This document shows, piece after piece, positions 52,931-64,000 of a DNA stretch of 64,000 bases (position 1 is the first letter of the stretch; each line of letters opens with the position of its first letter). The notes under the pieces are model-generated. The model had not been told where the DNA came from. It saw nothing but the letters and a program-made list of their open reading frames with translations, and searched no databases. Position numbers and translations under genes: made by a program. This stretch comes from Eledone cirrhosa. Taxonomy: Eukaryota. The stretch covers positions 24,924,001 to 24,988,000 of the forward strand of contig OZ024751.1 in NCBI GenBank assembly GCA_964016885.1, in the 5' to 3' direction.

Positions 52931-53413
52931 TGTAATTAGTTATCCGCTCTTCCCTAAGTTTATAAACATTTCTCTCTTTCAATTGTATAAGAATGAGTGA
53001 GGGATTAATTGTAGAGGCTTTTATGGGAGACCTGGAGTGTAAAGGTTGGGTACCACTAACGCATGGGGTCCTTTGCAGCTAAGTGTCCCTTTAATAATGC
53101 ATCCTACTGGTGCATTAAAAAAACAAGAAGAAGATACATTGGATAATGTAGACCTAGATACACTATGCCTGAAAAATGGCTTGACCCTCTAGGCTAGAAT
53201 ATCTTTGTTTATAACTTTGCACAACCAGGGTTTATCTGGGCATAAACAACAACCCCAACAAAAATAACAACAACATTGATGATAACAACAGCAATATCAA
53301 TGTTGACGGCGACAACAACAACAGCAACAACAACAATGACTATCATAACAACAGCAACAACATCGCCGAGGACAACAAAAGCAGTAACAATGACGATAAT
53401 AACAGCAACTAAA

Positions 53414-53578
53414 ATAATTGTTTCTACTTTTGCCACAAGGCCAGCAATTATCCCAGTGTATAACTGGTACTTTATTTTATCGACTCCGTAAGGATGAAAG
53501 GCAAAGTTAACCTTGGCGAGATTTGAACTCAGACCATAAGGGGCCGTAACTCTATGCTGCAAAGCATCGCGTCCGACT
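53414..53578 (-). mobile_element. SINE S1
   Basis: Reverse S1 copy inside an AAC-rich repeat. Confidence 0.82.
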
Positions 53579-55067
53579 CTAATGATGACAGAAATGGCAA
53601 TAACAACTACAGCGAAAACAATGTCGATAACAGCAACAACGATGACGACAGCAACAATAACGACGGTGCTTTTGGAATGGATAGAACATAGAAGAAACTT
53701 CTATTATCAATTCCAATATTTAATCAATGTTTTGTACTAACACACTAAGTCAAAGTATGATGACTTCCACCCACTAAACTGTGTGTGATGACCACCACCC
53801 CCAAACAAAGAATGGAGTGCAGAGGCCATTTTTAAACAAAAGAAATAACGATCTCAAACAATATATTTATAAGCAGCTCATTATTACTGTTTTCCCATTA
53901 GCAAATATATATGATTAAAATATCAATATAATCGTATTTAAAAAACGTTGATTACTTGCAAAATAGTTCTGTTTTATTACATTATTGAAAATCCTTCAAA
54001 AATGTGTACTAAGTTGAACCCAAGCAATATTGGTATTATTATTTAACGGCCATTTTCAATTACTGAATTACTCTTGAGAGGCTGAAGAGATTTTGTTGAA
54101 TCTCCTTCAGATCAGTTTTGTGTTTATTTTTTTGTTTATGAATAACTTATTAAGTAGCTTCGAAGTTGCACTTGTCTAGTAGGTGACTTGATGTGAGACC
54201 GTGTGTTGAAACTGAAACAATTTAGCTATTAAACACACACACACACACACACAGACACGTAGACACACGCAGACACACACGTAGACACACGTAGACACAC
54301 ACACATAGACGCACACAGACACACATAGACACACAGAGACACACACAGAGACACACACGCACACGTAGACACACACACATAGACGCACACAGACACACAT
54401 AGACACACATAGACACACACAGACACACACATACACACATGCACACAGCCAGACACACACAGACACACGCAGACACACGTAGACACACACACACACACAC
54501 ATAGACGCACACAGACACACATAGACACACACAGACACACACAGACACACACAGAGACACACACACACACACACACGTAGACACACGCAGACACACACAC
54601 ACACACGTAGACACACGTAGACACACACACATAGACGCACACAGACACACATAGACACACACAGAGACACACACAGACACACACAGACACACACAGACAC
54701 ACAGAGACACACACAGAGACACACACACACACATTAAATTCAATTTAAATTTATCGCTTGTTTATCAGTATCAAGATCCTCGTTAAACAGTTTGCAGTGG
54801 AACTTTGTCTGTGACCAAGTCTCAACTAGTAGGATGAAAATAATATTTTGACACCACGAAATAAATGATAAATGTGAAATAATTTTCTGCGTTTTTAATG
54901 ACTAAATGGCTTTTCTAGTTTTCTAGATGTAATTACTTAGTAAATGTTTAGAGCGATTGATCAATAAAATATAATTAAATGGACCATTAAATATTTCAAC
55001 CAAGAAACAGCGTGGCTTCTATCCCTTCTCCTTCTTCTTCTTCTTCTTCTTCTTCTTCTTCTTCTTC

Positions 55068-55295
55068 TTGAAACAGTCGTGGGGGCAGAGTCCTCAAACA
55101 CTCCTTCCAGCGGGTCCTGTAAGAAGCAACCGTCTCCAACTGATCCGGCTGGATCCCCAAGTGAGACCAGCCAAACTCATGGATGTTTATCCAACCATCT
55201 TGCTCGGGGTCTACACCTGGTTCTCCTACATGCTGGTTTTGCCCGTAAAATCTGTTCTGCGATTCTTTCCTGAGACATTCTAACCACTTGTGCAT
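55068..55295 (-). mobile_element. RTE-like LINE 3' fragment with (GAA)n tail
   Basis: VVRMSQERIAEQILRAKPACRRTRCRPRARWLD ... ASYRTRWKECLRTLPPR. Confidence 0.6.
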
Positions 55296-55373
55296 AGTTC
55301 TCTCCCCGCTTCAGAATTAGTAAACAGCAGTGGTAACAAAGTAATTGATATATAATTTTGTAGAAATACTTAC

Positions 55374-55497
55374 TTTTCCGAAAGTTGCAGCGCAGGCAGG
55401 TTCTAGAATTTCTTGACGACAAAAATCTAAATAATGAGCATAAAGAATGCAGCGTGGAAGGCAAACACCATCACAGATACAGTAATTATCTTCCAGC
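55374..55497 (-). CDS. RFX6: RFX6 coding exon (124 nt), RFX DNA-binding domain
   Basis: ttctag|...|gtaag. (W)[41 protein letters not shown]; phase continues the upstream exon. Confidence 0.97.
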
Positions 55498-57152
55498 CTA
55501 GAATTTGGAGGGATGAGAGTTGGAGAAGATGGAGAAACAAAGAGATAAGATAAACAGTAATGTCATATTATTTAAATTCATACATAGCTATATTTTAATG
55601 TTTTAATGTATAGTTACATATGCAAACGAACAATTGTTTTTAATGAAACAAAAAGGATGTAAAACTCTTATTGTTCTTTTTCTAATGAAATCGCATCACC
55701 TAATCTAAAATAGAAAACTCGAGCCTATACCGCTATCATTCATGCATGGCTATATTTTAATGCAGTTCATATGAAATTTTAAATAGTGCCGTTTTGAGCA
55801 AAAAACCCCACAAAACAAACGTTGTAAAACTCAAAACATCCTGTTCCACGCGAAGTCACCTAAAACTGTTATTCTTCCCCCAAGTTTTCTCAACGTTCAG
55901 AGAACCTAACGCTATGTCTGCTCCAACACATCGACGTACATAGGTAGTTTTATATACGGATTTTGTACATTGATAGAATTTGAATAGCACAGAGAATTGT
56001 GTGTGTGTATGGGGGGGTATTTTCCTACATAAGATGCGGTTTCAATGTATTTCATCATCACTTATTACCAATTAACGTAGAGAAACCTCACAAGAAAACA
56101 CATTCAATATAAAACCTCATACTTTCACCACATAGTCAAACATATTTATGAATGTAATACACAGCAAGCATAAATCTATAAAAAAATTAATTCCTGGTGA
56201 CGTTTAACATATAATATAAGTTTATCCTGTCTACTTATACGTTTAGCTGTAGGGAGGAAATATTTCGTTTTTGTATTTGTTGTGCGATATTTTTTTAATG
56301 CGGAACTATTTGTAAAAATCGTCAATGTTGTTTTTAGGGAATGTTATTCTGCCAACAAAAACACATCTGCTGGTTGCAGTTCTTTTCAAGTTCAGTGGAA
56401 ATATATAAACACACATACACACATATACTTGACAATATATAAATGATACTTAGGAACATAGGAAACAAAATCAGCAAGGAAAAAGAAATAATTAAAGAAT
56501 GGAAAGAGCATTGACAAGGCTACAGTAGTGTGCGGAAAAATGTCTGATAACTAGTTAACGATAAAAAACAATAGTAAAGAAAATAGAAAAAAAAACTAAA
56601 GTGAACTATAACTAATGCGTGTGTTTTTATTGACAAAATGGGTGTCCCAAAGTACAGCAATGCTTGAAAATAGGTTCATTTAAAATATTTATAAAAATAA
56701 AGAAATAAAGGGAAACTATGAACAACAGAGAGTTACTGATTGTCAAGTCAATAGTATATCAATTATATCTATTAACAAGTATCGAACTGTAAAGAGGTTC
56801 CATGAAAAGATACATTCTATAAATATAATGCAGCGGGATACCAGCACAAAGACGAGTGTCCCATTAACAAATAGAACTGAGTTAAAATATTATGTAAGAT
56901 GTTACAGCTTGTACAAACATCACTTTTTCTGAAGTCGGTTCTTTTAGTTTGTCTTTTATTGATGTCGGTTATTTGACTGCGGCCATGATGAAACGATTTC
57001 GGAACGTATTAAGCCTGGTAATTATTTTATCGATTTCTGTTAATCGAATCGTTAAGTTACGCTTTGACATAAAGCGACACATGGAAATATCGGTTTAGAC
57101 TTAAATAGCGATAAAGACGCAAACACATGCGATCATCCCTTCATGTAAGGGC

Positions 57153-57498
<346 letters not shown>

Positions 57499-60400
57499 AT
57501 TGTGGATTCTCTCGTCGCGAAAGACAAATGAGGGTGCAGCAAGGATTTCTTTAAACAAAAAAAAAAAAGAAAATTAGTGTGTCGTAGACGGAGAGGGGGC
57601 GTGCGGAGTCCAGAGACCAAGTATGTGTATGTGAGGTTACGCACGTGTGTGGTGTGGATACGTGGGAACGTATGGTTGCGTGTGTGCAAAAATAGTGTAA
57701 GTGTTTGTGTGTGGGTGTGTTCCTGAATGTTTTCCCGGTGTGTGTATGAACAGATGGTGAAAAAATCCGAGTATAAAAAGGAGGATGTCTAGATCGTGTG
57801 ACCAGTGGTGTAGGGTCCGTGGAATGGTGCGGAGGAAGTAGAGAGCTGTTGGGCGCGCGCTCAACAGTAAGTGGTCACGAAGGTCAAGGCAGGGGGCGGA
57901 GAAGGCAGGGCGAATGATGCGAGAGAGAGAGAGAGGAGATAGCAGTTAGGAGGACCCTAGCCCTAACCCTAACCAGGCGAGTGGTACTATATATATAGTA
58001 CAGTAAATATTAGCGAAGATTTTATGAAGTTGTGTATAAATTTATCCAGGTATCATTCATATTTCTCAGGGTCGATGACTAGGTGATGTTATCACCACGT
58101 AATCGTCGGCCCGAGTTCATCAGATAGCATTCAGAGATAAAGACAAGGAAGTTCTAAAATTCATCGATAGAAGGGCCGGCGTAGAGCCTGTTCACGTCTA
58201 GCTGGCTGTTCCCCGTATATATATATTATTCCACTTTGAAAATTCGTTATAGATACATATTATTATTTAAGTATTCGGTTGCTTGTTAATTTGATTAAAG
58301 TAATCAAATATTAGCGATCCAAAACTGATATGTAATGCATACGATGAAACATATGTAAGTGTTACCCAATAAATTTTATTCCAACACATCTGGGTTGTGG
58401 TGTTTCTAAGTAATAATTTTTTTTATTTCTCTCCCTCTATATATATAGCCATTAAGCTTAATGAATGAGTCAAGGGCGAGGACTTTGAAACTGGTAATTG
58501 GTGGGAATTAGCGACTTTATTTAAAGGTTGTCAATACAAGGAGTAAATGAAAGGGAAGGAATTAAGAAAAGGTGAAGAAATCATAAGAAAACTAAAAAAA
58601 TAAGTTCACTTAGCACACACATAACACACACACATAGAGACACACCCACATAGACACACACACACACACATATTCACACACATACAGACACACGCATTCA
58701 GACACACGCATACACACACACATACATACACACATACATACAGTCACACACATACAGACACACGCATACACACACATACATACACATACATACACACATA
58801 CATACAGACATACACATACATACGGAGACACACACAAACATAGAGACTTACACGCACACATACAACCTTAGTTTCCTTCGTTCCCACTCCTATCAGTCAG
58901 AGAGATCCTGAAATGTGTCATAGGCGCTGTCCTTCCCTTCGTGACTAAACAGTAAAAATAAAGTCACAAGGTTAGCGTTAAACTAGTAAAGCGTATTGAT
59001 GGGTTTTAAAATGTTTAATATTTACTCAGAAACCTACGCAAATATCTTTCTAGAAGACAATAATATTGGAAAGCTTAGAGAGTAGAGTAATAAAATATTT
59101 AAGACATTGATCTGTTGTAGCTGACGTCACCACAATTACCAATCTTTATAGCTTAATCACATACAATTATCTTTTTCACATATATCATTTAGAATCAGCC
59201 TCTCCAATGGAATATATACAACTTTGGCTCACTCAACTCTACTGTCTAAACTAAATGGCTTCTCGTCTATACACTACAATGAAAGAACACATTATAAAAG
59301 GACTTTATAACCGACTACCATCATAAATGTCGGTAAACAAGGCAGGCCTACTAAGTTATCGGCTGCACAGCCACCATGATTTCTTCTGACAAAATCACAA
59401 AAACTCTTTACTTTGCTATGTTTTATTAGTTTAAATTTCTTTCACAATTTCTCTCATTTCCCCCCTCTTTCTTATCTCCTCCCTCTCTTTCTTCCTTTCT
59501 CGCCCCCTTCAACCATCTTTCAATGCCGTGTCTGCAAATATTGGCTTTTTTCTTCCGTCCCTTTGTGCACCCCACGCGCTATCACAATTTATCTTACGAC
59601 TGTCAGAATCTTTAATTTTCCTTCCAGATGTTTCTGTTCAGTTTGAGAGCGTCACGTTGTATATTTCACCGCTATATCGATCTCGAGTAGAAGGGTGTGC
59701 TGGTTGGGCTGTATCTGTGTTGGAGTAGTGGTTCTAGGTTGCGTGTGCATGGTGTTGGAGAGGGCTGGGTGGATGAGTTAGTAAAGAACGGATCAAGGTT
59801 TATGAAGGTAGTGGTGGTGGTGGCTAGAGTAGTGTTGTTTGTGTAGAAGAAGTAATCAAAGAGGAAACTAGCGCCTCTCAACATATCTTAGTTTGTTCTA
59901 TTAAAGAATAAATAACACAGACCTTGCTTCCCGACGTCCTTACACTTCCATACCATCTCCTTCACACGCACACATACATAGATACACACATACACTCACG
60001 CACACTCACATACACATATGCACACATACATGTGCACACACATGTGCACACGCACAGTCACAAACATGTGCACACACACACACACTCACATATACATGTG
60101 CACACACGCACACATACACTCACACTCATACACAGACGCACACACACTCACACACACATGTGCATACACACACACACTTACACCCCCCATATACCCCGAC
60201 ACGTATACACACACACACACACACACAAATATATCAACGAATTAATAACGCTTTCATCAGAAAACATTGAGGACATAAAATTTCCTTATTGACAACTTAT
60301 CTTTCTTCATACAATTATTAGTCGTTCTATTTCGGCACATATGTTTTATTTCTTCCCTTCTTCCTTCTTTCTTTTCTTACCATATTTGTTTTATTTCCAG

Positions 60401-60925
60401 ATATTTTATTTGTGTGTTCTACTTATTTATTCAGTTAGTTAGTTATTTTTATTTCTCCTCTTATCATTCGATTTTATTATAATATAAATACATCTATCAT
60501 GTCACAGGACCAAAGGAAAAATTATTCCTCTGATTAATGATAACAGTTTACAGAAAAACAAACACAAACGAAGGACTCCAGAGAAATTATAGTTTGGCCA
60601 CATATGCGCTGTTTAAGCCTCAACTAATTCACTTTATATAATGAATATATCTGTTACACCAATTGAATAAGTATTTAAATTATGGCTCCTGAAATAGATC
60701 AATTTTTATTTTATTTTTTAATTGAAAACCTTGTAGAGACGTATTTTGGGTTTAAAATTATGGATGAGTCCACAGCAAGGCACGAGGGAAACCTAAAGGC
60801 AGCAGCAACAAACACCCTCTTACACCAGTGCCCAACCAATACAGGCTGGAGATAAAATGTCTAGCAACAAGGGCGGTGCCCCAACATGGCCTCAGCTGGA
60901 TGGCTGGTAAAAGAGTAAAAAAGAG

Positions 60926-60978
<53 letters not shown>

Positions 60979-60979
<1 letters not shown>

Positions 60980-62096
60980 TAGCTGCAGTACCCGGTAATA
61001 CCCGGGAATGGTGGAGTTATTCGCAGTTCCCAGAGTGCGCCTGAAAATGGTAGCGAGCCTGGGTGCCCATACTGGATTTTCAATAGCAACTTTTTCTAGG
61101 TGTTTTTATGGCAGATCAATTTTTTGTGTGGAACTACCAATAGCTGTTTAAGTCATAAGTCCTTCCATCCAGCTTTCTTCATCCAGAGTGAATTAGCCGG
61201 GGAAGTTTGAGCTTGAAGAGTATCGAACTTATTCAACTTATTATGTATAAGAATAGCAAACTTACTGCTTTAACGCTCAAGAACAAACACAGAACAATTG
61301 AGGAAGCCATCGCAATTACTGAAGAAATTATAACCGAGTGAACATATTCAGGTACTGTTCAAGCACCCTGTATATCACCGCTTGTAAAACCCTTCGAATG
61401 ACTGAAGCAATTCAATAAAACCACCCCGTTTTCCCCCTATAGTAGACATAACCCGAGAAAACACACCATAATAAGTCGGATAAACAATCACAAGTGTTGG
61501 CCCTAAAGAGGGCCTTGTAACGTTCACTGTTGCAAAGTGTTAATAATGGGGGAGAAGTTACATCTTCTTAATTCGTGTTAATCTTCCCACGATCCAACAC
61601 CTCGAAATATCGACAAAATAAACTCTACTGTCAAAGACGGCATGTTACAATTAACATGCTGGAAGTACGAATATTCGCCAACATACGATATAGGTTTTAT
61701 TCTTCGGACTAATCTTATGGTAAGCCAACTTCCAGGTCATTGATCATCGGACGTTTTTGTAACTTAACACCGATTCCTACAGTTGTAATAAGTTGTTGCC
61801 TCGTTTTGGAGGACTGAATTGTGGGAGGAGGAAGGGGAGTAGTGGGAGGGAGGGTTTAAAATACAACAGTAGTATCTTCTCTTCCCCCTCTCTCACTGAA
61901 ACGTCTTCGCTTTCCTCCTCCGTTGTAAAGATGTCCCCAGACCTTCCATTATTGATTTTTATAGTCCTGATTCTGAATATTAGCTTAACATGTGTGTAAA
62001 GTCTCATCAGGATCGGATCACTGGTGTAGGCGCCAATGCGTTATACGCAGATACACAGATACACAGACAAACAGAAATTGCCATTTATATAGTAGA
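60979..62096 (-). mobile_element. Non-autonomous Helitron, about 1.1 kb
   Basis: The minus strand starts a|TCTACTATATAAATGG and ends with hairpin cccgggtattaccggg then CTAG|t; flanked by (TA)n. Confidence 0.75.
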
Positions 62097-62104
62097 TATA
62101 TATA

Positions 62105-62158
<54 letters not shown>

Positions 62159-62160
<2 letters not shown>

Positions 62161-62349
62161 AAAATGTTTAACCCCGACGGCAGAGCTCAAGCCGTTTCGA
62201 CGGCTATTCTGGACTGAAATAGAATCCCGAAACGGTTTGAGCTCTGCCGTTGGGGTTAAACATTTTCCTATAACCCACTCTACTACCTCAAGTATTGAGT
62301 ACTCTGATGCGTTATGGTCCATCTGGTTACTTACCACACTTCCTTCGTT
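62159..62349 (+). mobile_element. TA-inserted family D foldback
   Basis: ggaaaatgtttaacccc...gagctcaagccgtttcg / cgaaacggtttgagctc...ggggttaaacattttcc plus the family D tail. Confidence 0.78.
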
Positions 62350-62350
62350 A

Positions 62351-62443
<93 letters not shown>

Positions 62444-62859
62444 GCTTGCCGGGAACGGAAGAAGAACATGTTTTTGACTGCAGCATATCACATAAACGCT
62501 AATTCATCTGAGGAAATCGCTTCCATACCAGCAACAAATGAAAATACTGCATCTTGGATTGCTTAGGCGTCACCATAGAGATGATTATGATGAATAAATG
62601 CTTCATGTAACCACACCATCTTTCCTAATGTTATTTTTATATATATATATTGTCATACTTTGGGAGGGTCATGCTGCCAATAAAAAACGCACGCACTTGT
62701 TGTTTTTCACTTCAATTTATTACAAATTTTGCGGTTGGTTGTTTCAGTAACCGCATGTTTGTTTATATATTGTCAAAGCTCTTTCATCACACATTCTGTA
62801 ACCTCCTCAGTGACTGATTTATTATTTTGTGTCTCTCTTTTGTAATAATATTGTAATTA

Positions 62860-63035
62860 TATTGTGCAAGCTTTCTCTCCGAAAATTGTTGTAGAAATGA
62901 AACAGTCTATAGCAACTGCATTCAACATAATAACAAAAGAATATCTTGAAGCTGTATTCGACAATTTTGTGAAGAGACTTGATATGTGCATATCTATGGA
63001 AGGTGGTCGTTTTAAACAGTTTTCGTATCATGTTA
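62860..63035 (+). mobile_element. Tc1/mariner transposase C-terminal remnant
   Basis: EMKQSIATAFNIITKEYLEAVFDNFVKRLDMCISMEGGRFKQ, matching the R...C....GGxF terminus. Confidence 0.65.
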
Positions 63036-63099
63036 TTTTAAAAGATAAAGACAATATATTGCCTGGAAGATTTTTTGTTATGATTATTTTCGATAAAAA

Positions 63100-63290
63100 G
63101 GGCGGTGGATTGGCAGTATCGGTAGAGGGTCGGACGCCATGCTTTGACGCATGGCGTTACGGCCCTTGCCATTCTGAGTTCAAATCCCGCCGAGGTTAAC
63201 TTTGCCTTTCATCCTTACGTGGTCGATAAAATAAAGTACCAGTAATGTACTGGGTAATTGCTGGCCTTGTGCCAAAAGTAGAAACAATTA
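63100..63290 (+). mobile_element. SINE S1, full length, with 17-bp TSD
   Basis: attattttcgataaaaa at 63083-63099 and 63287-63303. Confidence 0.9.
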
Positions 63291-63679
63291 TTTTCGATAA
63301 AAACTAGGGAGGGACTCTACACTCACACTGTATAGTTAATCTGTTGCCTGATTTGACTTGGTCCTTGAGTGCCTTTTTCAGGTGGCTACCAAAGTGTATT
63401 AAGGGTGCTGTACAGAGGGGAGGTTGCCACTTAATGATGATATGAAGTAACGCTGGCCTATCATACCTATTAATTAAGGTGAGGGGCACCAAATGTGTCT
63501 TTCAGGAAGAAAAATGACAAACGAGAAGAGTAGAACATAAAAGAAGAGGAAGACGAAGAAAAATGAAAAGAAATAAAAAAAAAAGACGGAGAAAAACAGA
63601 TGAAGAAGAACAAAGAAAAGGAAGTAGAAGAGGAAGATAAGAAGAAGTATGTGGAGAAGAAAAAGACTTTAAAGCTCAC

Positions 63680-63914
63680 CATTGTAATGTCAAAGCTGTT
63701 TGTTTCTTTTTGTCTCTCATGATTTGAGCAACAGTTTTCTTCGGAGCATGAGTGTTATTGCTATTAGTGTTGTTTTTGTTGGAATTATTTGTAATTCTGG
63801 CTCTAGATTTCGGTGTCTCTGGTTTGTCATCCTCATCTTCATCATCATCATCATCGTCATCATCATCGTCATCATCGCCTGTGCTAATTTCATCAGAGTA
63901 TTCTGTCTCCAGAT
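63680..63914 (-). CDS. RFX6: RFX6 coding exon (235 nt), acidic N-terminal region to start of DNA-binding domain
   Basis: ttgtag|...|gtgag splice sites. Translates (D)LETEYSDEISTGD12EDEDDKPETPKSRARITNNSNKNNTNSNNTHAPKKTVAQIMRDKKKQTALTLQ(W); the end matches vertebrate RFX6 KKT..QI.KDKKKQT.LTLQW. Confidence 0.93.
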
Positions 63915-64000
63915 CTACAAGATAAGATTAAGAAAAATTAAATATTTTTCTGTGTATAAGAAGCATTATAGCTTTATCTTTCATCCTTACGGAGCCATTA

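Noticed and set aside
46713-55497. Calling the gene RFX4 or RFX1-3
   Set aside because: Diagnostic residues ([54 protein letters not shown]) match RFX6 as I recall it.

Overview
AT-rich, microsatellite-saturated animal genomic DNA. The SINE, Helitron and LINE complement suggests an octopus or other cephalopod, which is an inference. The whole window lies inside one minus-strand gene, an RFX6 orthologue (winged-helix RFX transcription factor). I reconstructed 13 consecutive GT-AG coding exons with consistent phases, covering the DNA-binding and B/C/dimerisation regions; the gene runs off both ends. The introns contain tRNA-derived SINEs, non-autonomous Helitrons, LINE fragments (Tx1/L1, RTE, R4-like, CRE-like, Penelope), MITEs and minisatellites. 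Almost all entries in the ORF track are microsatellite artefacts. The most unusual signal is a set of at least five unrelated short families inserted in (TA)n tracts. Many are foldbacks with a fixed family-specific boundary and a copy-specific turnaround, and several carry minimal hammerhead-ribozyme cores (CUGAUGA...GAAA) with different stem II sequences. They resemble Penelope-like pseudo-LTR derivatives placed in the RFX6 pre-mRNA in both orientations. Repeat boundaries were read by eye and are approximate.
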